Source: Paraspadella gotoi | Taxonomy: Eukaryota > Animalia > Chaetognatha | Length of the DNA: 64,000 nt | Direction of reading: 5' to 3' | Assembly (NCBI GenBank): GCA_051294375.1 | Contig: CM119265.1 | Span: forward strand, 5,438,556 to 5,502,555 | In this document: positions 49,501 to 60,360 of the stretch, in pieces | How positions within the stretch are numbered: position 1 is the stretch's first letter | Layout of the letters: each line of letters starts with the position of its first letter | Position numbers and translations under genes: made by a program | Notes under the pieces: model-generated | Seen by the model: only the letters and a program-made list of their open reading frames with translations | Databases searched by the model: none | Told to the model about the DNA's origin: nothing

Positions 49501-51582
49501 GCCAGCGGCGGTTGTGAGATGTAGCTGAGAGAAAACCTTCCTTGCATCCTGTAAGTGAGACTCATTCTGTTGTCCTCATCGATCCGGTAGCGTTGGGCGA
49601 ATCCAGGGCACTGTTTCTGGCTGACTTGGAGAACGCCGACGGCGACCCTGTCCACTTTGACGCCCGGCAACACTCGCTGATCCTTGAAGCCGACGTCCTC
49701 CACCACAAGGTCCACCTGGCTAACTGGCCGCGAGAGAGGGGGAAAAAAAAAGGTTTTGGGGAGAAAGTGCAGAGGCTCCCGGTTTCTTTTAATCATTTGT
49801 CAGTTTTCTTTCAGTTTTATTTTGCGGGCTTTTTATAAATTTGTTCCAAGAAGAGTTGAAACTGCAATGAGTTGTACCTGTTTTGAACCTGATACGCATC
49901 GAGATCTTCGATCCTGACTTCCACGATTTCGTCAGGCGCTCTATTTATCGAGTGAAGCTCTTCGCCTGACGGATTTTGGTTGAACTTTGTATTTAGTTTT
50001 GCTTAAATTTAATTAATTAATAATTTCATGTATTCTTTTTTCTTTACTAGTCAAGTTTTCCAGATCGGTAAGCGGTGGATGATGAACTATCTGAATAAAA
50101 AAAAGCGGTCACCGGTTTTTCTATTAATTTTACTCTTTTCAACTTCCTTTTTTTCACTGAATTTGATTTTTTTCAGCACCTCTTTCGAGTCAAGATACCA
50201 AAATATTTTACGAAATTAGTAAAACCAATATAAAAAGTATCCGTCATTTAATAAATAAGGTATTTTGGCAAAAGGCTTGTTGGCTGTGATGCCCTTCTGA
50301 CCCTGAGTGACGCCTCCAGTCACGGGCGCGGTTACCCTAGACCGGTCTCGCGTTCTCAAGTCGGGGAAGTCGTTAGGATGGTGGATAGAACGTAACGCCT
50401 GGAAAGGTGCGTTCCCCCTCTGAGCCAATAGCATTGGCTGAACGATGGTGGACGTGAAGCGGTGTGAATATACCACCACACTATCTTGCCCCTGACTTTT
50501 GACACTGGACAGTGAACAGGCTTTGGTGGTTTAAGGCCTCCATCACTCTTACAAGATAATGACATAGAAGTTCCCTGCAAGCTTTCAATCAAGACTCTCT
50601 TAAAGTCTCGTTTATTGTAATAATGTAATATAATAACTAATCACTTCAAAGGTTTTGCTTCTTTTTTTTTCGGTCGCGGTATCTATCCACGTATTGTGTC
50701 TCTCTTCAATAAACGCCTTTGCAATAAAATAGAATGGAAAACAAATATTGTCTTGCAAATTTACGGCTTAAACTAAATACAAATAGATACATTGACGCCG
50801 CCTTCTCCAAATGTTTCAATCGTAACTTCTTGCTCTCCCTATGAATAGTTGAAAAAACAAAAGGGAATCGCTGAGAGGTAAAAATGAAGCACAAATTGAA
50901 AAAACAAGTTGCCAAGCATTGCCTTGTCTTTCTCGCAAGGACACAAAATGGCAAACCGTTTGAATTTCACGTGTTCGCAATTCACGGGCAACTGAAAGAA
51001 GATCAATTTTGTGTAAGAATGAAAATTGAGAGCAATGGGGCTAACCAAACTTGCAAGAAAAAAAATAAGACTTTTGTAAATAATTGCAACCACTTGATTA
51101 TAATTATACATTTTCGCTTACTTTCGAGGAAGTTGATCGCAAAAGGTTTTTGGCTACGGGAAAAATAGTGACGACGCCCATTGTCGTCGTGACGACTCCG
51201 TCTATCGAAACGTAAATAATATTATCATTATTACCTGTACTCCCATGTGTAATCACTATCTAAATCATTATCATTATTATCATTATTCAAAACAATATTT
51301 TATATTACGTAAATCAATCCACTTACTTTTACAAGGCAAATCTTTTTTGCCCACCAGGGTGACACGATAAAATTTGGCGCAATCTGTCAGTTTTTGTAGT
51401 TTATCTTGATTAAACTTCAAGTCAATTTTTTACAAACTTTGAATTTGAAGTTAACGACCCGTCTTTTTGGTGGCGATCACGGTTCCTCCATCGGCGGAAT
51501 CAATGATAAGGACGAGAAAACAAAAGATCGCCTTCGTTTTTCTATCTTCGTCATTTTTCCGTGGCTGTCGCGATTCTCGCAT
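43572..51582 (-). CDS. SID-1 / SIDT (CREST superfamily) multipass transmembrane protein, divergent
   Basis: Motifs SGDRDICTFNERC, NSLYSNLIY, GLFSGFYHICP..LVFQLDSTFMF and ADSRDINRECLVLNYYDSHSMWHILG match SID-1 GNQDLCYYN, SACYHVCP..FQFDTSFM and AESRxxNxECxxLxFFDxHDxWH. Phase-compatible exons from 49970 to 43572. Exons 5' of ~50000 and the start codon are uncertain. Confidence 0.85.
48026..48275 (-). mobile_element. Family A solo LTR in a SID-1 intron
   Basis: Reverse complement of the 2528-2781 LTR, termini TGTG...CCATA, perfect TSD GTAG. Confidence 0.88.
50264..50480 (-). mobile_element. Family A subfamily solo LTR inserted into repeat family C
   Basis: 5' two-thirds match family A, with a different 3' end. 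Flanks GTAT/CTAT. Interrupts AATAAATAA.CTATCTTGCCCC, which is intact at 262-283. Confidence 0.8.
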
Positions 51583-51780
51583 TGTCGACGAAAGAGGAAA
51601 CAAAAGGCCTAACATGAGGTTTGTATTTTTATCATTTTTATAAGAACTGCGTAGCGACACATTGTAGGATATTATTTTAAAGTTTCATTTATTTCTCATA
51701 ATTTTTAGTTTCGCCATGAAGAGCTCTGAAAATATCCGAAAAGCAGGTGATTAAAATATTTAAAAAATTTAAATAAGTGA

Positions 51781-52270
51781 TATGAAATTGCAACAAGCAA
51801 TATAAAAATTATCCATTCATTTGACTTTGGACAGGCTTTGGTGGTTAAAGGCCTCCTTCACTATTACAAGATTTAGAAACGTTCAATCAAGGCTCTCTCA
51901 CAGTCTCGTTTATTCACTCCTAGAATACCTGGCTTCCCTATCAATGAAGTGGTATAACATTTCAAAGAATGTTTCAATTGTAGGAAAAGACCAAAATACA
52001 AAGAGCTGAATTTTTTGAAATTATTACAACCAATATAAAAATTATCCATTCATTTCATAATCAAGCTATCTTGCCCCTGACTTTGCAATGCACAGGCTTT
52101 GGTGTTTTAAGGCCTCCATCACTCTTACAAGATAATGAGTACTTGGCTTCCCTATCAATTAAGTGGTATAATATTTCAAATAATGTTTCAATTGTAAGAA
52201 AAGACTACTCCCACTTTTAGATCGGGAAATACTATATTGTACTCCGCCCAGCATCAAAATAAAAGGAGCT
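51781..52270. repeat. Two tandem copies of repeat family C
   Basis: TGAAATT..ACAA.CAATATAAAAATTATCCATTCATT...GGCTTCCCTATCAAT.AAGTGGTATAA is repeated twice. Confidence 0.75.
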
Positions 52271-52450
52271 GAATTTTATTAAATTTGTGACACGTAAGAA
52301 ATTAGAAAATGGTGAAATCGGCGTCAGTAAATTTGCTGAATGTGATTCAAATAAATTTGGAAATTCAATTCAATATTTCGAGTAATTGGAAAAGTTTCAA
52401 AGTTCAACATGAAATATTTCAAATTTCAAATATCACTCTCTCAAAATTTA

Positions 52451-53940
52451 TCAAACGTCACATCCATCGGAGATTCGGTAGTAATCGAACTGTCTGTCGT
52501 TTTTGACGACCTTCAACAAAAGGCAATCGGAGCTTCTGACCTTTTGTTTGAAATATTGAAGAGACGACCTGTCAAAGAAATTTGACTAATTTCAATCTTG
52601 GATGTACCGTAGTTTTTTTTGTTTGTTTGTTTGTTTGCTTTGTTTTGTTTTTACACAATCACAAAGTTCTCACGTTATTATGTCGACTGGATGCACGCCA
52701 TGGGTAGATTCCGCAGACTTAGCTCGGAATAAACCAACTTTTCGCAAACCCAAATTCCTACAGGATTTGCATTCGCCGCAAGTGTTAGTGGCAACTATGT
52801 AAAATACACGATGTTGCGCGTTAGTATTTGCGACAAAAGCAACGTTTACTTTTATCGATTAACAAACTTACTTAGTAACATCGCAACTTACCTTGCCGTG
52901 GAAGCTGACACAGATAGTAGTAGGACTTATGATGACAAGGAACTGCTTTCCATTTTCCAGAATTCGAACAAGCGCATCTATTTTTCCCCGGAGAAGGAGA
53001 GCCTCCTTCCCAAGGCGCGTCCAGCACCTCGTCACCCTCTCCAAATTTTTCCAGAAGATCCGAAAACTCCACGGAAGTGAATCGACTTGAACGGTCGTCG
53101 AAACTCGATGACCCTGATGTGCGAAACCGAGGTTTTAAGATTTGGACATGACCACCTCCTCCCATCAAAAAATCACCAAATGAGAGTCCTTCTGAGCCAC
53201 GATAGTATCCATCCACTTGGCTTCCGTCTCCACCAAAAACGCGCATCCAGCGCCACGTGCCATTGTCGGTTACGCGCGAAGCAGCCACCCAAATTCTCCG
53301 GCCCGTTCCGGTTAATTGTCCGGCTAGGAAGTTTCGAGTGGAGTTTGAGTCAGCGACAATGAGTTGACTCCCGTCCTCGCGACAATACTCAAAAGCAGTG
53401 GCGAAATCAGCTCTCGCTTTAAAAAGGCGATAGTAGTGACCGTCGGATGCCAAACGGTAATGGCATGGATATGGAAATTTGCAGTTCACTAAAGATGGAT
53501 ATAAAGAGTAAATTAGGATATTTTAAGTAAGCATGGACGCAGACTAATTTCTTCACGTCTTACTTAAAACTCACCAAATTTTAAAATACTAATGTACCAA
53601 AAATTTAACTTATTATAATTTGTTTGAATTGATAAGTGTTAATGACAGAACCGTTCAATATAAGCAGTCCCTGAGCTTCGGATCAGGCTGTAACACCATG
53701 TTACAGGCGGGTTAAGCGCCCCGTCCCTCTTAACTGCCAGACGACCACCGGGCTAGAACCCCGGACCTTTGGGTTGGGAGGCGAATGACTTGCCTCCGGC
53801 ACCAATGGCCGCTGATTTTAGTCCACCATAGAACGTTTAAAAACATGCATTTGAACAGTGAGGCACAGTCAAAGATTTTTCTCAGTTAAAAACTTACTGA
53901 AGTAAATAAGTGATGTCAAAAGGAGCAGTTTATAAAACAT
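52451..53940 (-). CDS. Secreted C-type lectin domain protein
   Basis: MFYKLLLLTSLIYF (53940-53898); HYYRLF...FATAFEYCREDGSQL...IWVAA...WRW...PW...P...RCAC...GKWKAVPC...YYLC (53488-52892); two further in-phase exons (52794-52674, 52569-52451). Confidence 0.8.
53630..53830 (-). mobile_element. Family B element copy (internal deletion, shorter 3' end)
   Basis: Near-identical to 16529-16744; flanks GAAT/GAAC. Confidence 0.85.
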
Positions 53941-55400
53941 GTTGCAATCCCTTCGTTCGTGTTTCGAAAGGATAAGTGGAATTGTCGCGTTTGTCAAATC
54001 TATTATTCGTCGATAAAAATATCCGCTGTTAAACTAACAAAATTGTTATTTGTCGAGTAATGACATCCTCGGATAAATCCCTTCTTTATTTTTCTTAGAG
54101 TCAAATTAAACGTATCAAATGTGGACTTTTATGACACACTGTCATTGACGCAGATATTGATTTTATTTATTTATCTAAAGCATAGGCCTAAAAGAAGGCA
54201 TATAAAGAGTTTCACTCGCATTATTTATACTCAGTTGTCCTCAAGATCCTAAAACAGTAATACGAGAAATTATTTTTCTAATAATTTTTCACCGCATAAC
54301 TTTTATTTAGTTATCATCCATTAAATAATTTAGTATTTCTGTAGTGTTTACGAGGTATGATATCGTCCCCTTGTTAGCATTCGGAAAAAAAGGGTCAAAG
54401 AAAAAAAAAGTACCCTTAATAAACAATGACTAGCCGAGCTCGAGGGGTTTTTTATATATTTCCTTTCTGACCGTGAGCGTCTCGCCGATTCAGGGGGCGG
54501 GGAAACCGCTGCCGAAATTTATCCGTCGCGTCGGAGTATCTTTTTTCATCTGGACTCACCAATGTCAAAGCCGCTCGGCAATGTTGGTTAATTTACAAGG
54601 TGACCATTTGAAACCCACCGCTAGAAAAAAAGAGATTTTAATATTTTGAAAAAAAATATTTAAATTTTTTTTTTTTTATGTATAAATATCATTTCTTTCG
54701 GTTTACTTCTACTTTAACAGGAAGAGGTAAAAGATAGCTTAGAAAATGATCTCCTGCTCGATAGCTTGAATAAAAAAAAAATTGTCCAGGTTTCTGGACA
54801 ATTTATAAAAAAGTCTTTTAAAAAATAATACTATTATTTATATTGCCTAAAAGCCTTTTAAAACTGTATACTATGATATATTTTCTGATTCTGTAGTATA
54901 AAAAAATCTTTTTGAGGCCCAATCAAAATTATAAAGAATAAAAATATGATTACCTTAGTTTTAAAACTAATTAATAGCAAGGCATATGATTTTTAATAAA
55001 TTATAATTAATATTCCTGAATCAATTTTTAATGAGCTTTTTTGTGATTCTCATATTAGTACTAATTAGTAAGATTATGATTGCTTAACAGAGTCATCAAT
55101 TCCAGGTGACAAATTTTCCTTTATTTTTGATTAAAGAGCGCTAATTTGCTCCTCATCTTTTTTCGCTCATTACGAAGTCAAAACAAAATCAATTATCAAA
55201 AAATTTATATTAAAAAAATGAGTAAATCTTTTTTCAAAATGTTAAAATCTCTACGCGTTTTCGTATGGTATTTTTTTTTTTTTTTTTATAGCGGCGGGTT
55301 TCCAATGGTCACGATGTACAAGATTTTCTCTTCATTCTTTTGATTTTCCATGAATATTTTCAACAAAGTCACCCCAACATGTCAGGACACGTTTTACTCG

Positions 55401-57803
55401 ATGGGGTACCACGGCTATGGATCCTCGAACGCCACCGCAAGGGTCAGCGCGGACTTCCAAGTGGATATGGATCCGCAGCACTTTATTCAAAGATCGTGTC
55501 GGATCAAAATCCGTTGCGCCCGTGAAAAAAAACCCACTGAAATCATGGAGAACAGCAAGACGGGTGGGAAGACTAGAGTTTGTAGTCTTTCCACGATCTC
55601 TCTAATTAATCGCGTTCACAGTGATGTTCAAAACGCCCTCCTTTCGCGCCGAGGCTGCAATAACCCTTCCGCCAATGACCAGCTCGGCCAACTACGACAT
55701 CGGATGGGTACAGGCCTGCAGTTACATGAAGTTTTGTAACAGGTTAAGAGCCAATTCAAGAGAAAACTGTAAACATGTAAAAGCCGCGCCAGCACGGATA
55801 ATCGCGCTTTTGAATTGGTTTGTTCCTTTAAAAAGACGCCGATTTGTTACCTATGACATGACACCGTGTCATTTTGTGGGAAATCTGTGCAGGTATGGCA
55901 AATATGGTTTCAGCTCATGGGAGTTCCCGCAGCTCAACTCGGGACTTCGCGCCGTCAACGACTCAAGCGGACAATATTTTCCCTTTTACGGAGTCAGGTT
56001 TCATTTAAGAAGCGGTAGTACAAACGAGCAATGCCCGACAATCGATCACAAGGATTTCTCCGTTCAGACATGAGGTGATCGCCGTCGCCGGTCCTTGTAA
56101 AGTCATGCGGAAGATCATGGTGACGATGTCCGACGCTCCAATGTCCCACGTCACGCTTAAGATTCCCACAGGTCACATTAAGTGAGTTCGAATAAGTTCT
56201 TGTAATATAATAAGACAATTAATGCTCCCAACTTCAAATAAATTGATAATCGCAGATTTGGGAGTCTGATGGATGTGGGCTGGTGGCGAATTTTGCAGGA
56301 TGTGCGCTTCTTTTTAAATGTAGATTCGCCGGCATTCTTTCTCATAACGCCCCATTTCTGCTCGTTTATGCTAGAAATTAATATTAACTTGAATATGTTT
56401 TCAAACTTATAAACCAATCCTTAACCCCAATTCTTAACTTTAACCTAAATCTGACCCTCACCCTTAACCCTTATCTTTAATTTATAATCTTGTGTATAGA
56501 CTTTCGGATTGTTCGTTTTTTATGGGCGATTAGGAGAAAAACAATTTTTATTTGTTTTGACAACGAATTTTAGTGACAATTTGACAGATGGGTGCTGGCA
56601 AAGCAGGGGATCTCCACTTTCAGTACGACGCCGCGCTTCTCTACGTGAGCAATTGGTGAAACCGAAAGACAAAATCCCCAGAACGAAAACATCAGGAGCC
56701 GTCATTGGCGGCCTGTGCCGGCGCGGGCAACCAACCCTGCACAGCAGCATACGTGGGCGAGACCGGAAAATCTCTCTCAGATCGGTTCAAGCAGCATACG
56801 AAGCCATACCGTGACTCACGTGGTCACTATCTGTCGGCTATCTCAGAACATTCAGTAACTCTGGCCATCTGTTTAGAGAGACGGACTGTCTCGTGCTGTC
56901 CCATGACCAAAACTGGTTTTCAAGAGGTATTAGGAGGGCAATATACATCAAAGCCCTCGAGCCCTCTCTGAACCGTGATGGGAGGACGATTCGATCTCCC
57001 TCCAAGCTATGATTCGCTCATCAAGTTGGTGGTGGAACGCCCAGAGCCGCCTCAACCGCACGATGATTCCCCTGTCCCTATCCAACGGGTCAGACGGAGG
57101 CCTCCCAGCAGGCAATGGACGAACTATACCTCTTTCGAACCTGTAGCAACTTGGTGCAACTCTTCTCGCACTGAGCGTCGCCCAAAACGACGGCTACAGG
57201 AGGAGGGAGAGGAGTCTGTATCTCCTGCACCAAAACAGGCAAGAACAGGCACCACCCACCTCACCGTCAGGTGAGAGGAGGGCTATCGGCAGGCCTATCA
57301 GGCCAGAGAGATATTAGAGTGGCACTAGGCGTTTTCCCAGGAGGATCCTTACCAGATCCTAAAATGTCTCGCTCTACAGTCATATCGTCTCAGCCAATGA
57401 CAAGCCAATGACCCGATCCTATAGCCAACGTCCCACCTTTGCCCGGCCGGGGGGGGGCCAGCTCATTTTGAGCTCTTTTTCTCACCTTAATTTCACTAAC
57501 ACTTTTACTTATCTATCCCTCATTACTTATTCTTCTATTTCAATTTCAACCTTTATTTAATTAATTAAATTATCATTTTCATTGTTATTATTAGTTTAAA
57601 AAATCTTTAAGTTTATTAATTTATTCTCTTTCCCTTTATCATTGTTGTACATTGTCCAATGTAAAGATTTTTCTCTCTCTCTCTCTCTTTCTCTCTCTTC
57701 CATTCTCCCTCAATTTCAAATTTTCACCAAACTCATCTCTCCCTGTTTCTACCTTCACCTGTCCTCACAATCTGGACCACTGTCTTTACTCAATTCTTTG
57801 TTG

Positions 57804-57842
<39 letters not shown>

Positions 57843-59816
57843 ACTCAATGTTAAAGAGAAAAAACTTGAATATTGTCAAACACTGATGAAGACTCTAAAA
57901 ATACAGAGTCGAAACATGTCTGTCAAATTGTCACTAAAATTCGTTGTCAAAACAAATAAAAATTGTTTTTCTCCTAATTTATAACCTTAACCTTTGACCC
58001 TAAATGCTAAACACTAACCCAAATCCCTAACCCTCATCAAAAACCAAGTCCATAACCTTAACCACTAACCTTATCCCTAACCTCTTCCCAAATCCAAACT
58101 TTTAGTAAAAAATTGACCCAATTCCGAATTTCAAATAGAATTGGGCATTCTGGGAAAATAAGGCCGATTCCGTTCACCTTAGTGAGAATTAAACCAGGTT
58201 AAAGTCAGAAAAAAAAATAACGAAAAACTTCTGTTAAATAAAAATTTTAAAAATGTGCTTACAATGCTTACATTTTAATATTTATCTTGAAAATTGAAAG
58301 TTAAAAATGTTGAAAAAGTTGAAAACGAATTGGCAAAATTATTATTTCAAGCTCATTCGTTGCCGCCCGTGTCTCTTGTACTCATTTATTCGTCTCCTCC
58401 TTCAGTACGGGAAGACTTTGCGACTTAACAGAGATCGAAAGAATGCAAAAGTTTTATATTTGGTTGGTGGCCAAATGCAACAACACTGGCCAGGTCTTCC
58501 CGTTAAGAACAATCACATGGGATGTCGACTTAAAGATCTCCATTAACCCCGGCGAATTGGTGGGACGCATGTCCAAGCTTTTAGAGCCCAAGGTGTGTCG
58601 TGTAGTTAACTAGTTATATATAGTTCTTCTTGTTTCTTACTTAGTGAGCCGTGGGAATACCACAAACTAAAGTGTTATTTACTCGTAAACCCCAACTCGA
58701 CAAAGTGGCATGTTGCTATAACAAGGTCATTCTGTTCGGATACGACGGTCATTTTTACTGACCACTACGGGTCACAAAGTACAAGGACTTAGTCGTCGTC
58801 GTCGTCCTCGTCTTTGTTAGAATCATTTGAGCTCCCAAAAAGTGCGAAAATATTGTTACTAAAGACAGAAATAATTGTTATATGTTAGGGACAGAACCGT
58901 TCATTATGAATTGTGAACCGTTGTTGAAAGTTCGTCGCCAAGTTGAGGAATGTCGCCTGAAAATGTTCTTGTTGCTGTTGTTCGGAAGTCGACCTCACCA
59001 ATGAAGAGACAGAAATAATTGTTATGAGTCACAGAACCGTTCAATATAAGTAGTCCCTGAGATTCGGATCAGGTTGTAACACCGAGTTACCGGCGGTTTA
59101 AGCGCCCCGTCCCCTTTTACTGCTCGGCGTCCACCGGGCTAGAACCCCGGATGTTCGGGTTGGGAGCCGAATGACTTGCCTCCTGCACCAATGGCCGCTG
59201 ATGAACGTTTGGTGGGTTTTAGTCCACCATACCACTCGTAAAGGTTCAAGGGGGTGCGCCCGTTCTCAAATGCATAAACTGCTCACGTCTCCCCACGGTC
59301 ATTAAAGGTTCAACGACCTCCAGTAGTGTTGGAGTCGATTGTGGAGATTCCTGAAGAGGCGCTTTCACCCCCTGACGCCAACCACGCTCAGATGCTTGTC
59401 TGGCGACCGTTAAACCGGTTATCTCACCTTTCTCTCATTGTTCCGCCCAGGTTGGTCAAATTCATAACTCAAAAGTTCAAATAGATTCGACAAGAAAATT
59501 GTATAAATTGACTTGACAGATATTGGTTTCTTATAAGTTAAAGGGGAATTTTGTTTATATAACTATAAGCAAAGAAAACTTTGAATTCTGTATTATAGCT
59601 AGCATAGCATATTTCGAGTGACTATATTCAAAACTTATGTATGGCAGGTTTAGTTATTAGTCGATAATTTTCGTTTAATAAAAATAAAATAAAAAATAAA
59701 AAAAACAAAAAACCGTTTAATCAGTTACGGTTCTCTGCTTTTCCAGCTTCCAGCCCTGTCCAAGGGCAGTAGATCTTGAAAACGATCATGTTTACGAAAA
59801 CTACAGATGCAAATAA
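55401..59816 (+). CDS. FAM78: FAM78 family protein
   Basis: FKTPSFRAEA...IGWVQACSYMKFCNR|YGKYGFSSWEFPQL...NDSSGQYFPFYG; MSDAPMSHVT; LTEIERMQKFYIWLVA...LRTITW (58406-58592); IPEEALSPPDANHAQMLVWRP (59308-59450); final exon 59747-59816. These parallel recalled FAM78A motifs. Confidence 0.88.
56420..56480 (+). repeat. Degenerate (TAACCC)n telomere-like tract, continuing at 57981-58090
   Basis: CCTTAACCCC, TAACCT and CTAACCC variants on both sides of the Penelope-like element. Confidence 0.6.
56490..57978 (+). mobile_element. 5'-truncated Penelope-like retroelement: degenerate GIY-YIG endonuclease, 3' UTR, hammerhead and inverted terminal copy
   Basis: LREQLVKPKDKIP..SGAV / C...C.AAYVGETGKSLSDRFKQH...SAISEH / NWF.RGIRxAIYIKALEPSLNRD.GRFDLP, with frameshifts. 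60-bp inverted repeat 56529-56588 vs 57919-57978. Confidence 0.88.
57878..57925 (+). ncRNA. Minimal hammerhead ribozyme in the Penelope pLTR
   Basis: ACA-CUGAUGA-A-GACUCU aaaaauac AGAGUC-GAAA-CAUGUC^-UGU. Confidence 0.8.
59002..59231 (-). mobile_element. Family B element copy in a FAM78 intron (partial end also at ~58860-58905)
   Basis: Full-length diverged match; flanks CCAA/CCAC. Confidence 0.82.
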
Positions 59817-60360
59817 TCCCCTTTTTAACATTTTTTTTTCCTAATAATTGTCGATCCTAAGTGGAATAAAGAAATAACAACGATTTGACTTGTTTGTTGG
59901 ACAACATAGGGGGGTAGTGTTTTTATTAGGACGAAAGCACCAAAATTTCTCGTACACATTGATAAATATCAACTTAAATAACAAGGTGAATGGCAGTCTT
60001 TTTTTTTATAAAGGATAAATTTATTTTTTTTTTTTCGTCTAAGTAGAAAGTGATATATTTCATCACAAGGTATAACAATTAATTATAAAGAAAAGAACGA
60101 TGCGGTTTTTTTGGAGATTTTGTAACTACTGATACGTAAACTAGCGAAAAAAATATGATGAAACTGTCGTGACAAAACCCAAAAATAGGTTTGTTGATAA
60201 TACAACGAAAATCATCGGAAAAAAAAACGGTACTCGGTTGCGAGGGGTCGATTTTTATTTTTTATTTTATGAAAAAGGAGTGAGGGGGGGAAAGAAAAGG
60301 GGAGAAGGGGTGTCGAAAGTGTGTTCCCGATCGCAGAGGACGCGCCACGAACTCTCCTCA

